Source of the DNA: Mobula hypostoma
Lineage: Eukaryota
Direction: 5' to 3'
NCBI RefSeq assembly: GCF_963921235.1
Contig: NC_086097.1
Coordinates: 174,966,001-175,030,000, forward strand
Length of the DNA: 64,000 nucleotides
Shown piece by piece: positions 26,170 through 39,944 of this stretch; within the stretch, counting starts at the first letter, position 1; each line of letters begins with the position of its first letter. Made by a program: the position numbers and the translations under genes. The notes below the pieces were generated by a model. That model ran no database searches. It was not told the DNA's origin and was given only the letters and a program-made list of their open reading frames with translations.

Positions 26170-28730
26170 AGAACATACAAGAATACAGCACAGGAACAGG
26201 CCCTTTGGCCCACAATGTTGTAATAAACCAATTAAATCACTAATCAAATGGCTAACTAATCTCTTCTGACTGCCCAGTGTCCATATCCTTCCATATTCCT
26301 CACATTCATGTGTCTATCTAAATGTCTCTTAGAAGTCTCTAATGCTTCTGCCTCTACCACCACCACCACAGGCAGTGCACTCCATGCCCCTAACATCTTC
26401 TTTGAAATTAGACATTACCTGTCTACTCTATCTATGCATCTCAATCTTATAAACCTCTATCAGATCTCTCCTTAGCCTATGCTGCTCCAGGGAAAACAAC
26501 CAAAGATTGTTGAACCTCTTGATATAGCACATGCCCTCTAATCCAGGCAACATCCTGGTAAACCTCTTCTGCATCCTCTCCAAAGCCTTGACATTCTTCC
26601 TATAATGGGGCGACCAGAACTGTATGCAATTATAAGGCTACAACATAACTTCCTCACTTTTGAACTCAGTGCCTCAACTAATAAAGGCAAGAGGCAAGCA
26701 TGTCATATGCCTTCTTAACCACCCTATAAACCTGTGTGGCCAATTTCAGAGAGCTATGAACTTGGACCCCAAGATCCCTGTGCTCATCACACTGTTGCAC
26801 CTTCCAAGGTGCAACACGTCACATTTGGCCAAGTTAAACTCCATCTGCCATTTCTGCACCCATATCTGCAACTGGCCTATATCTCATTGCATTATTTGCC
26901 AAGCTATCACACTATTCACAAGCCAACCAATCTTCATATTGTCTGCAAACTTACTAACCCACCCATCTACATTTTCATCCAGGTCATTTACATATATCAC
27001 ATAGAACAGACATCCCAGTACAGATCTCTGTGGAGCACTACCAATGACAAATCTGCAGCCAGAATAAGTCCCTTTGACCACTACCCTCTGTCTTCTATGG
27101 ACAAACCAGTTCTGAATCCAAATGGCCAATTCACCATGGATCCCATACATCTTAATCTGCTGGATGAGCCTCCCATGAGGGACCTTGTCAAATGCCTTAC
27201 TAAACTCCATGCAGACAACATCTACGACTGTACCTTCATCAATCACCCTTGTCACATTGTCAAAAACTCCATCACGTTAGTAAGACATTTCTCACTCGCA
27301 CAAAGCCATGCTGTCTCTCCCTAATTAGGCCATGGTTGTCTAAATGCTCATAAACTACTGATGTGATCTATAGTTTCCAGGATTATCCTTGGTTCCCTTC
27401 TTGAATAATGGAACAACATTAGCTATTTGCAAGTCCTCCATGACCTTGCTTGTGGCAAGAGACGACATGAAGATATTGGTCAAGGTCCCAGAAATCTCTT
27501 CTATTGCCTCTCTCAATAACATGGTGTATATCCCATCAGGGCTTGAGGACTTATCCACCTTAATGCTCTTTAACAGGTCCTCCTTCTTTACTTCAAAATG
27601 CCCTAGCATATCAATACCCTCAGCACTGACCATCCTCCTCCTTGGGAAATACTGATGTACAGTACTCATTAAGGACCTCACACACATCCTCTGCATCCAA
27701 GGAAATGTTTCCTTTATCTTTGAGCGGTCCCACCCTCTCCCTAGTTTTCTACTTGCCCTACATGTATGTATAGAATATCTTGGGATTCTCTTTAATCCTA
27801 CTTGCCGAGGACTTTGCATGGCCATTCCTGGCTTTCCCAATTCTCTCGAGTTACTTTCTGGCTTATTTATAATCCTCAAGGATTGCTTGATTCAAGACTC
27901 CTAAACTTTGCATAGTTTCCCTTTTTCTTCTTGACTAAATTCATCACTTCTGTCGACATCCAATGTTCTCTTACCTTGTCATCATTGTCCTTTCTTCTGA
28001 CTGCAAGATACCGCTCCTGTACACTGTGCAGTCCGACTTTAAAAACCCTCCACGTCAGATGTGGCCTTGCCCAAAAGCAGCTGTTTCCAATTAACCCTCC
28101 CTAGTTCCTACCTAATGCTCTAATAACTTACCCTCCCTTTAATACCCTCCCACAAAGTCCATAGTGACCCTTATCTATAGCTTTCTTAAAACTTAAGCAG
28201 TTGGGCTTACTGTTCCCTCACTGTTCACCCAGAGAAAGGATGGTCACCATGCCAGGCTTATTGCCCAAAAACAGGTCCAGCAGAGCCCCTCCTTTTGTTG
28301 GACTATCTACATACTGATTTAAGAAATCCTTCTGGATGCACTGAACAAACTCTGCCCCATCTAAAACTCTTGTACAAATGAGGTCCCAGTTTATACTCAG
28401 GAAGTTGAAATTCCCCATGCAACAAACCTATTGTTTTAACACTTTTCCCTAATCTGCCTGCATATCTGTTCCTCGATGTCCTGGTGATTAGTGTTCTGTA
28501 ATACAATCCCATCAGTGGTTGCGCCTTTCCTATTTTTGAGTTCTAACCTTATATTTAAGCCCTCCATTATGTATCCTCTGGGTGCAGCTGTGATATTGCC
28601 CCGATTAGTAATGCAGCTCTCCCCCTCACCCCTTTACCTCTCTCTTTTCTAAAACACCCATCCCTATCCCTCTCTCAATCAAGTCTCTGCAATAACAACA
28701 TCATAGTTCCATGTACTGATCCATGCTCTA
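26170..28730 (-). mobile_element. Degenerate CR1-clade LINE
   Basis: MGNFN..INW and LDLFLGN (EN), KSSSPDGIY, ANVVPLFKKG, EFSKAFDKVPH and KFADNMK. Confidence 0.88.
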
Positions 28731-30062
28731 AAAGGTTTAAAATTTCATTTATTATCAAAGCATGTATCCCTATACAACTCTGAAATCCGCCTTTTCCAGA
28801 TAGCCACGAAGCAAAGAAAGAACATAAAAGTAATTCAGAGAGAAACATACCCCCCTCCCCATATACACACAAACAAAAGACCAAACCACTAAAATCCCTC
28901 CTTTCACACAAAACGGAATAGGAACATCAACCCCTCCCCTGCAAAAAAAACCTATAAAACATCAACCCCCAAATACCCTCTCCTCATGCAACAAAATGGA
29001 AAAGGAACGGGTGATAAAAAACACAACATAAAAACCATAAGCCCGAAAAAGTCCATAATCTCAGTTCATTATCTTAAACCATAATACTCTCAACATTGCA
29101 ATACACACACTTCAAACTATCTGTCCCTTGCCTGGAGAGTCTCAGGTCTGGCCACAGTGCCGCTGGCCTGGCTGCTGCTGCTGTTCCTTGATAGGTCATT
29201 TCCCCCTAGCATTATCCAAAAGGGTATAGTTGATGCTGAAGGAAATGGCCACAGGGGAACCCTGTACTGACTGCTTTCTTCCCTTACTTCTCCTCCTGGT
29301 CACTTACCCACTGTCTGAAGCCTGCACTGTGGGCGTGACCACCTCAGTAAATGTCTCATTTGAGATGTTTTCAGTCTCCTGTTTGGTCCTGAATACACTC
29401 AGCTCCAGTTCATTGACCTTGTCAGTCAGGAGCCAAAGTTGGATGCACTTCCCAACCTGCGGAAAAACTTCTTTACTCAAAAGTGATACAAATCTTTGGA
29501 TTTGATAGACGATGGCTCAGCTGCAACAGTTAGAAGTTTAGATAGGTACAGTACATGGATGGAATGGGTTTAGAAGGATATGGTTTGGGTGCAAGTAAAT
29601 GGAACTAGGCAGAGAATCAGGTCAGCATGGACTAAATGTTCTAAAGGGCCGGTTTCTGTGTTGTGATGTTCTATGAGTCTACAAGCACCTTAAACTCACT
29701 TTGCTCTGGCATATGGCAAAAGACACCATTTATTTAAACTGACGTTCATTTGTGGCAAAAACAGTATTAACAAGGACAAAAAAAAATTTGTATTATTAAT
29801 CAAAAACTACGTGGATTCAGTTATGATTGATAGAATTCCTACATCTTTAATGAGACACCCAAAGCTACCAGCTGCTACCCATAAACTATGGAGCCTGTCA
29901 TACATATACTGCAAAGTATATCTGCTAACAACTGTGTCAAAACAAAAACATTTGAAAGACTGGAGGCATTTTGCAAGGCCATCATCACTCAAGGAACTAA
30001 AGAACAAAAGAAAAAGAATGTCTGAAATTTTAATTTGGATTTAAGAATAGTGATAAAAATAC

Positions 30063-30150
30063 CCGCTTCTCTGCCGCTCAAAGGTGCCAAAGCTTTCAAG
30101 AGATTGTCCTGTGTTCCATTCAGTTCCAAACAGCAATAGTAAGACAAATC
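30063..30150 (-). CDS. POP1: POP1 exon 6: DLSYYCCLELNGTQDNLLKALAPLSGREA(G)
   Basis: DLSYYCCLEL motif. cag acceptor, gtattt donor, 88 nt, phase 0-1. Confidence 0.95.
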
Positions 30151-30336
30151 CTGTAAGACAAATATACAAAATATATGAATATGTTTAAATAAAGCAGAAT
30201 ACGCTGATAACACTCAGATCAGAAAACATCTGTAGAAATAGAAATGAGTAACATTTCAGAACTGGGAGACAAATTAGTTTTAGATAGCAGAAAGGAGCTG
30301 AGTGGAGCAAAGAAATTTACTCTGATAGGCTGAGAA

Positions 30337-31500
30337 AGAACATAAGAACTAAGAGCAGAGTGGACCATCTGGCCCATTGAACCTGCTCTGCCATTCAATA
30401 AGATCAAGGCTAATCTGGCCATGGACTCATCTCCACCTACCTGCCTTTACCCCATAACCCTTAGTTCACCAACTACGCAAAAATCCATCCAACCTTGTCT
30501 TAAATATATTTACTGAGGTAGCCTCCACAGCTTCATTGGGCAGAGAATTCCACAGATTAACCACTCTCTAGGAAAAACAGTTCCTCCTCATCTCCATCCC
30601 AAATCTACTCCCCTGAATCTTGAGGCTATGTCCCCTAGTTCTAGCCTCACCTACCAGTGGAAACAACTTTCCTGCCTCCATCTTATCTATCCCTTTCATA
30701 ATTTTATATGTTTCTATAAGATCTCCTCTCATTCTTCTGAATTCCAGCGAGAACAGTACCAGGCAACTCAATCTCTCCTCAGAGTCTAACACCCTCATCT
30801 CTGGAATCAACCTGGTGAATCCCTTCTGCACTGCCTCCAAAGCCAGTATATCCTTCCTCAAGAAAGCCTGAGACCAGAACTGCACGCTGTACTCAAGGTG
30901 CGGCCTCATTAGTATCCTGTACAGTTGCAGTGCAAACTCCCTGCTCTTAAATTCAATCCCTCCAGCAACGAAGGGCAATATTCCATTTTCCTTCTTGACA
31001 GCCTTGTAAACCAACCTTCAGTGATTCATGCTGCAATTTTATACCATTTAAATAATAACCTGCTCTTTCATTTTTGCTTCGAAAGTGGATGACCTCGCAT
31101 TTACCAACATTGTACTCCATCTGCCAGACCCTTGCCCGCTCACTTAACCTATCTAGAAGACTATCTAGAAGACTCCCCATATCTTCAGCACAATTGTTTT
31201 TCCACTCAATTTAGTATCATCAGCAAACTTAGATACACTACATTCATCTCCTCTTCCAGATTGTTAATGTATATCATGAACAGTTGCGGGCCCATCATTG
31301 ACCCCTGAGGCACACTGCTCACTGCTGACTGCTCACCAACTCGCTGCTTTCTATTGGTTAACCAATCCTCTATCCATGCTAGCACATCACCTCCAACTCT
31401 ATGCATCCTCATCTTATGGATAAGTCTTTTATGCACACCTTATTGAATGCCTTCTGGAAATCCCAGTAAATAACGTCCATCTGTTCCCCTCTATCCACTG
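30337..31500 (-). mobile_element. CR1-clade LINE 3' part (second subfamily)
   Basis: WIEDWLTNRKQRV, VPQGS, WQMEYNVGKCEVIHF, RPHLEYSVQFWS, RRMRGDLIETYK and TRGHSLK. Confidence 0.9.
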
Positions 31501-31679
31501 CATCTGATTCAAAGGATGACTAATATGGGAATTAAGGGGCAGTTAAAATCAAATTAATCTTCTTTGTGCTCTGTTAATATTAAGGCTTGTGACATGCACA
31601 AGTCAGGCAATACCAAAGGAAAATAATGGACAAGCTGAACCAAATTAATGATAGACAAAAATGAATAGTTCTCATAAAA

Positions 31680-32090
31680 AGTTAACTAAAGTTGAAGAAT
31701 TTGATATTGAGTCCTGTAGGTTGCAACATGCCTAAATGAAAGTTGAGATGCTGTTCCTCAAAATTGTCTTGGGCTTTGTTGTAACAGCACAGGATGTCAT
31801 CAACAGAAATGTCAGAATAGAAGCAGGATGATAAATGAACATGGCAGGCAGATGAAAGCTTAATGGTGCTGGTGTTCTGCAAAATAATTACCCAGCTTAT
31901 GCTTTGTTTTTCCAATGTAGAGGCCACATTGTGAACACTGTATGCAGTACAGTAGATTGGAGAAAGTGCAAGTGATTTGCTGCTTTACTTGGAAGAACAG
32001 TTTAGATGTTGAGATGGTGGGGGGAAAGAGCTGAAAGAATTGGCGTTGCCCCTCCTACACTTGGATGGGAAAGTGATTTGGTGGTGGATC
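31680..32090 (-). mobile_element. Penelope-like element remnant (end of the GIY-YIG endonuclease region)
   Basis: ORF 31682..31927 ends EEQHLNFHLGMLQPTGLNIKFFNFS, matching the PLE C-terminal E..LI..LG.LQP.GLN motif. Confidence 0.7.
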
Positions 32091-32351
32091 CTTGTTGGGT
32101 CTAGCAGGACTTGTGACGGATGATTTGCTGAATGTCAATTTTGATTTTCATACAAATATGCTAAGGCTCCGAGTGAAAACTATGACCAAAAGCTCCCAGT
32201 ACATGAAGCTTTAAACAACATGTTGACCAGTTCGAAGTTATTCTTTGAACTAAAATATACAATAATAAAATGATACTGATCTGGTATATCTATAACTCTT
32301 TAGCATAGTTTCATTTTTAATAAGAAATTTAAGTTAAATTAGAAAAATATA

Positions 32352-32753
32352 GTGCAAAAGTCTTAGGCACATAAGATAGCTAGGGGTGTCTAAGACTTGC
32401 ATAGTACTGTATTTCTCAATGTGGAGCAGAGAGCCAGTTTGTAAATCTGGCAGGAGCAAAGGATGTTTGGGGTGGTGAGGATGGAGCACTGCGGGAGGGG
32501 TGTGGGACAAGTGGTAGAGAAAGAGTGCCAGTGGTGTGAGTGCAGCCACACTCAACCCTGAAACACCAGGCAAGGTAACTTGATTCCAAACAATTGGTTT
32601 ATTGATCATTACAGAATGTCTCTCAGGTGCTTCCCGCTCCCTCTCCTCTCCCTTTTCCCAACCATGATTCCCTTCTCCCTGCCCCCTTCCAACTCTAAGT
32701 CTACAATAGAGGCCCATATGAGAATTAGACTAAGACTCTTGCATAGTTCTATA
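32352..32753. mobile_element. Non-autonomous Tc1-like element with a duplicated right terminus
   Basis: gtgcaaaagtcttaggcac at 32352-32370 is inverted relative to gtgtctaagacttgcatag at 32386 and again at 32730-32753. Confidence 0.55.
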
Positions 32754-33126
32754 CTTCTAAAATAAGAAAGAAAAGTCCAAGCAATTTAATTAGTGACAAA
32801 AATTCCCTCTTAATTGAATCATAGTACACAATCACAAATTAGCCACATTACCTAACTGGCAACAGTATGATTAAAAAAGAAAATTTACTCTGGTCTCAGA
32901 CAGTGCATCTTTTTTGGACAAAACAGCAATGGACAATCTCCAAATGTAGTCTCTAATAGAATTAATCAATCAGGGGGGACTTCCGGGGTCGAGTATGGAG
33001 TGAGTTGGTGCGTGTGAGTGTGGCTCCCGATTTTTATTGAAAATCTACCTGTTTATCTTTGCCGTATGCTCGAGATAACTGGATATTTACCATTGTGAAC
33101 AACGCGGGACATAGCTGGACATTGAA

Positions 33127-34033
33127 ATGGCAAGTAGAATGTACCTTCGAAGTAAAACTGGGGAAAAAGATAGCGAAGCCTCGAGCAAGAAGGCGGATGT
33201 TACAGTAATGGCGCCATCGCACGCTGCTGGAGCTGGACCCGGACCTGCGCTACCCGATGACTTAGAGAGGCTTCGTTTAGTACTTATTACTGACATGACG
33301 CAAGCGGTGCATTTTGCCCTAAAAAGAGAACTTGAAGATGCTTTATCACCAGTGACTGCTACCATGGAACAAATTATGTCTGCTTACGAGACACACGACA
33401 AACGCATTCGTGGGGTTGAAGACGGCCTAAATGATTACAGTGACCGACTGGTGAGTGCCGAAGCCGCCATTGCAGCGTTGCAGAGCGAAAACGCATTTCT
33501 GAAGGGAAAGCTAGATGACCTCGAAAATCGGTCGCGGAGATCCAATTTGAGAGTGGTCGGCATTCCTGAAAATTTGGAAGGTTCGGACCCTGTTAAATTT
33601 ATGACCGAGTTTTTTGACGAAGTGCTGGGGACAGATTTTTTCCCAAGTCCTCTCGTACTTTCGCGTGCTCACCGAGTCGGACGTAAACCATCCGGTGTCT
33701 CTGGAGCCAAGCAAACGAGACCAAGAATGTTCCTGGTTTGCTTTCACTCCTTTCAAGATAAGCAACGCATCATCAACAGACGGAAGCAGGAGCTGTATTT
33801 CCGCGGACACCGCGTTTTTTTATGAAGATTTTAGTGCGGAGCTGGGTAAAAAACGAGCAGCTTTCAAGGAGGTGAAATCCCTGCTTTACGGGAAAGTGGT
33901 CAGGTTTGGCCTCTTGTATCCTGCCCAGCTCTGGGTCATGCATGAAGGTAAAAAGCATTATTTCAATACACCAGAGGCGGCCAAAGAGTTTTACCATTCG
34001 CGCTGGGGAGAAGAAGAACGAGAAGAGCAATAA
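33127..34033 (+). pseudogene. L1 ORF1 (coiled-coil + RRM + CTD), one frameshift
   Basis: LDDLENRSRRSNLRVVGIPE, RAHRV and EDFSAE...RFGLLYPA motifs. The frame switches at the T-run near 33815-33822. Confidence 0.9.
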
Positions 34034-34641
34034 CTTTTTTTTAAGGTTATTCATGCAGCATTGAAGGGGTCTCATGCCGAAGCAAACGGTTAATTTTCAC
34101 AATCCACTTCTTTGTTCATTTTTTCCAGTTTAATTTGTGGAACGCGATCGGGTCGAACTGCTATGCTGCCGAAACTGATTAACAAAAACTTTCAACCAGC
34201 AAAATGTAAATATTTGGGATTTATATCTCGGGTGTTTAACTTGCCCAGTGTGTTTTTTTTTGTTTTTAATGCTTAGCTTGACCTGTGTTATCTTTAGCCT
34301 ATATGTTATATTAAAGGTAGTATAAGTGATAGGATAAATTTTAAGGAGGGGAGCCACCCTAGATTAGATTGAAAGTTGGGTTGTATGGGGAATGCCTTGG
34401 AAGTTTTTTGTTGGGTACTGCCTGCGATCATCCTCAATTGGGGAGGTAGATCTAGGTTTCGGGGGTTAATTGGGTTTTTTTGTTTGTGTAAAGGGGTGGG
34501 GGGAGTGTTTTGGGGGATTACCATGGCAGTTTATTCTTTTGTGTGTTACGGATTGATCAGACTTTCTTTTCATTGTGCGTTATTGTGTGCAACTTATTTC
34601 CTCACACTGTTTTGGATTGTAGGCCCTGTGTGTCTTTTGAT

Positions 34642-37600
34642 ATGGTTAACGTGAGTGCTGCTGATGGTGGCCACCCCGTGAGGTTTATTTCTTGGAATGT
34701 AAAGGGGCTCAATGGTCCGGTTAAAAGAGCTAAAGTTTTCTCTCATCTGAAACAATTAAAAGCAGATATACTATTTCTACAAGAGACTCATTTAAGAGTG
34801 GAGGACCATAATAGACTTCGTAAAGCATGGATTAGTCAGGTTTTTCATTCCAGATTTAATAGTAGGTCCGGGGGGTGGCAATATTAATCACCAAAAGAAT
34901 GCAGTTCATACCATCTGATGTAATCAGTGACCCTAATGGTCGCTTTATTATAGTCTCTGGCTCTCTCTTTCAGATACCTGTTATTTTGGTAAATGTTTAT
35001 GCTCCTAATCGGGACAATGTCCAATTTGCAAATAAGGTTTTGTCATTAATACCGAACCTGAATACACATAAGCTAATCTTTTCCGGAGATTTGAACTGTG
35101 CTATTGACCCACTGCTTGATAGGTCTTGCCCTAGGGAAACATTTTCTGGTATGGCAAAGGCCTTCTCGATGTTTATGCAACAAAATGGTTATATGGATCC
35201 TTGGAGATTTTTGAATCCATCAGTTAGGCAATTCTCTTTCTTCTCTTGTGTTCACCACTCTTATTCCAGGCTAGACTATTTCTTTATAGATAATTCCTTG
35301 ATACCTATGATTAGACAAATTGAATACACTGCTATAGTTATATCTGATCACTCGCCCGTGAAACTGGACCTATGTTTTCCTTTAAACGTTAGAGAACGGC
35401 CTCTGTGGAGACTTAACCCCCTTTTGCTTTCTAATGAGAAATTTTGTAGTTATATATCGGCTAACATTGACGCATTCTTCGAGACTAACAAAACTGAGTC
35501 GGTATCGTACTCTTTACTTTGGGAAACTAAAAGCTTACTTGAGGGGTCAAATAATATCTTATACTTCACATGCCAATAAAGAGCGTAGGAAGGAAATGCA
35601 AGTGTTATTGAAATCTATTTGGGACCTGGATAGAAAATACTCTGAGGCACCCACTGCGGAATTATATAAAAGCCGGGTTGATTTGCAAGCAAAGTTTAAT
35701 CTTCTATCTACAAACCTATCAGAACAATTAATCCTTAAGACACGTGGCCTCTATTATGAATATGGTGACAAGGCGAACCGGCTTATGACTCATCAGTTGA
35801 AACATCAAGCTGCATCACGACTTATTCCTCAGGTAAGAGACATGCACCAGAACTTGACAAGCAATCCAAAAGAGATTAATAACATCTTTGCAACTTTTTA
35901 TTCCTCTCTGTATGCCTCAGAGTTCCTCTCAGATAAAACAAATATGGAACGTTTTTTTAGAGAATTTGGAAATACCAACTCTTGAACCAGAGGAAGTGGA
36001 GAACCTAGATCGGGCTCTTGGGCAGGAAGAGATTAATAATGCCATTATGGCTATGCAGAGTGGTAAGTCCCCAGGTCCTGATGGTTATCCAATAGAATTT
36101 TATAAGAAATTTAAGGATAAGCTCACACCGGTCCTTCTAAAAGTGTTTCAGGAATCTTTGGAGAATGGCTCCTTACCCCCTTCTCTTTCATACGCAGCTA
36201 TTTCACTACTTCTTAAAAAGGACAAGGACCCGACTCAATGTGGATCATATCGCCCCATCTCACTTTTGAATGTAGATGTGAAAATTTTGGCTAAAGTGCT
36301 TGCATGTTGTTTAGAACGGCCCCTTCCCAAGATAATTTCAGATGATCAAACAGGTTTTATTAAAAATCGCTATTCTTTTTTTAATATCCGTCGACTGGCT
36401 GATGTGGTTTATTCACCGAGTGATTCTCCAAGTCCAGAGGTTGTTATCACCTTGCACCTCGGAGAAGGCATTTGATAGGGTGGAATGGGTATACTTATTT
36501 AGTGTTTTGGAGAAATTTGGATTTGGCAGAATATTTATAGCTTGGGTTAAGCTATTATACCACTTGCCTTTAGCGTGTATACAGAAATTATTTTCGATCT
36601 GACTATTTCCCATTAACACGTGGCACTCGCCAAGGCTGCCCACTGTCCCCTCTTCTTTTTGCAATTGCAATTGAGCCTCTTTCTATTGCAATTAAGTCAA
36701 CTACATTATTTCAAGGTGTTAGAAGAGGAGACATGGAACACCGTGTTTCCCTATATGCTGATGACCTCTTACTTTATGTTAGCGACCCTATAGGTAGTAG
36801 TCCTGCTATTGTGTCATTATTAGGTCAATTTGGAGCCTTCTCTGGCTATAAACTGAACTTTCAAAAAAGCAAATGCTTTCCCATTAATAACTTGGCCCTA
36901 CAGATCCGACAGGAATCCTTGCCCTTACCTTTATCTCAAGATGATTTTGTATACCTAGGAATACATATTACTCGCTCTTTTACATCTCTGTTTGAAGCTA
37001 ACTACAGGCCTCAGGTTAGCCAAATGAAGGCTGATTTCGAGAGATGGCGCAGTTTACCCCTTACTATAGCTGGGAGAATTCAGTCAGTGAAGATGACTAT
37101 ACTTCCTAGATTTCTCTATTTGTTTCAGTGTTTGCCAGTTTTCTTACCCAAGTTATTTTTTAAATCAGTTGATCAAGCTATAACCTCCTTTATTTGGGAA
37201 AATAAGGTCCCAAGGGTTAATAAGCGCATTCTTCAAAGAGGTTGTGACGTAGGTGGAATGGGTCTTCCCAGCTTTATTCATTATTACTGGGCATCGAACA
37301 TTCAAAAAGTATTATTTTGGCTTCACCGGCCAGATATAATCTGGTGCCTGCTTGAGTCACGATCTTGCCACTCCTCATCTCTCCCAGCTTTGGTGTATTC
37401 TTCCTTACCATTGAAATCTTCTCAATTCACATCTAACCCAGTCGTGCTCGCCACCCTCAAAATTTTTAATCAATTTCGCTGCCACTATAAGTTCATATCA
37501 GCTTCAGTTTTGGGCCCCATTCATAAAAACCATTTATTTCCTCCCTCCACATTCGATTCAGCTTTTAGACAATGGGGTTTGAACGATCTTATGCGCATTA

Positions 37601-38441
37601 AGGATTTGTATACTGATAACATATTTGATAGTTTTGATAACCTGCGTGGTAAGTATGGCCTTCCGCATAATCTTTTTTTAAAATACCTGCAGATTTGCCA
37701 CTTTGTCAAGGAAAAATTTCCCTCTTTTCCTGTTCTACCACCTGCTATGTTATGGGAAAAATTCACTCTTAGCTTTAGCAATAAGGGGCTGATTTCTGAA
37801 CTATACTCTCAGCTGATGTCTTTGGGAGTTCAAGATCTAAACAAAACTAAGAGTAGGTGGGAGGACGACCTCGGTATGGGCCTTGCGGAAGAATATTGGG
37901 CAAAAGTGTTGAATAGGGTTCATTTCTCATCATCATGTGCTAGACTGGGGCTCATACAATTTAAAGTTTTACACAGAGCACATTTAAGTAAAGCCAGACT
38001 TGCAGACATATACCCTGGGACAGACGCTGGCTGTGACAGGTGTTCCTTCTCTCCGGCTGGTTTAGTACATGCATTTTGGTCATGCCCTCGGCTTGATGAC
38101 TATTGGGCACGGGTTTTTAAAATTATCAGTGAGGTTTTGGGGGTGACACTGAGACCTTGCCCGCTTATAGCTGTATTTGGTGTGGCAGATGATGATTTGG
38201 GTTTAAATGCAAGCCAGTCGGATATCATTGCATTTACATCGCTACTGACTAGTAGGAGAATTTTGCTGGTTTGGAAATCTGCCACTCCCCAACTGCTGCT
38301 GCTTGGTTAGAAGATGTAATGGTTTTTCTGAAATTAGAAAAGATTAAATTCACTTTGAGGGGGTCTGTGAAAAAGTTCTATTTGAAATGGGGACCTTTCT
38401 TATCATATTTTGGGAGTCTTAAGGAATTACCTACCAGTTGA
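34642..38441 (+). pseudogene. L1 ORF2 (APE endonuclease, RT, C-terminal Cys/His knuckle), several frameshifts
   Basis: SWNVKGLN, FLQETH, SDHSPV, KSPGPDG, YRPISLLNVDVK, EKAFDRVEW, YADDLLL and CDRC..HAFWSC, spread over ORFs 34510-38310. Confidence 0.92.
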
Positions 38442-39317
38442 GGGCATTTGATTGTACTTAGGAAGTTGCCTCCCATTTAACACACTTATAATTTAACTCA
38501 CAGGGTGGTTGATGAATTGTAAATATGATTGTATTTTGGATCATCTGACATGTTGCAGATGTGTATGAGCTGTCGTATTGAAGTAGTGTGGGGGTACGGT
38601 TGTGAAATGTCCGTACTGGTATTTGTGAATTGTTGTGTTGTAGATATATTAGCTGCCATGATATGTTCGGGGAGGGCGGGTGGGGGGGAGGTTTGTTTTG
38701 GAGGTACGATACTAAAGCAAAATGGAGGAAAATGTAATCCATTATATATTCTGTATTGTGTCATTCCTTCAATAAAAATAAAAACTAAAAAAAAGAATTA
38801 ATCAATCATTTTGGAGCAGAATTGAACATGGTTCACAAACCTATCAAAATAGAATAAATGAATTATAACACATTATGTTGTGAGCTATTACTAAATTCAT
38901 TTATCGCGTGCACTCAGCTTTCTACATTCTAAACTGAATAGCTTTCAAGGCCATTGCTGGATTATACAAGTTATGTAAAAAATCACAATGATTAAGAGAT
39001 TAGGGTCAGTTGAGAAGCAGGAAGAAATAAATTTTGACATTGTCCAGACGTTCCAATTATGACATTGAACAGTCAACTGTGCAATGCTGGCACTCATTCA
39101 AGATTCAGTAAAAATTCTCCAACCCATACATCACTGAAAGAGACTTTCCTTTGATTTAAAATGGTCATAGGTGGAAGAAGCTGATGAATAAGCAGGGTAT
39201 TAGAATAGCTAAACAGTATTCATAGTGGAAGTCAAATTTTAAATTATTCATTAAAAAGGACTTTGAAACACACTTATTGTATACAGTGTAATTCTTAACA
39301 AAATAATTGAAAGGTAC

Positions 39318-39566
39318 CTGAAGTAGGCACTGGTGTGTCATAGCACGATAGCACGCTCTATAACTTTTAATAGTTGGTTTATTGGCCAAACAGTATCCCC
39401 ACTTTTTGACCATATGGAATCTTTTTGCATGCCATATGTGAGTTTCCAGCCAAATGTTTTTTCTTTGTCTTCGGTTAAATTCCAGTAACAAATTCCCATG
39501 TCGTCGACGGGCTTTGCGAGACTTGCTCTTTGATTGTTCTTTTTTCAAGTGGGCAATCTTTTCCAT
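39318..39566 (-). CDS. POP1: POP1 exon 5: [11 protein letters not shown]...[20 protein letters not shown]...[10 protein letters not shown]
   Basis: Hallmark POP1 W-box [16 protein letters not shown] acceptor at 39568-39567, gtacct donor, 249 nt, phase 0-0. Confidence 0.98.
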
Positions 39567-39944
39567 CTGTAGAAAATCACTGGTTAGTAAGTTATTTGAT
39601 TAGGGTTTTCAGAAAGCATTTTAAAGTTGTCTTAAAAAATATCTGTACCATCAACATTTGAACAGTTTGTTTTGGAGTAATGGTCTCACTGTGGTTTCAA
39701 ACCAGTTACAAAGTAAAACAATGGTGATACAGCACAAAGAGTGATACAGCACAGAAATGGGCCCTTAGTCCACTATATCCATACTGACCCTCAAATATCC
39801 ATCTATATTAATCTCATTTACTCATACTTAGTCATTTGCCTTTGTCTTGGCAATTAAGTGCTCACCCAGATACTCCTTTAATATTGTGATAGCACCTGCT
39901 GAAGTATTTTCTCATATAGTGCATTCCAAACTGCAACTATCTTT

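Larger units (their letters stand above)
32973..38793 (+). mobile_element. Full-length L1-clade LINE (fish-type), 5.8 kb, with poly(A) tail and 15-bp TSD, antisense in POP1 intron 5
   Basis: Starts ggggggacttccgg and ends AATAAA + A-rich tail. TSD agaattaatcaatca at 32958-32972 and 38794-38808. ORF1 and ORF2 are both recognisable. Confidence 0.96.
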
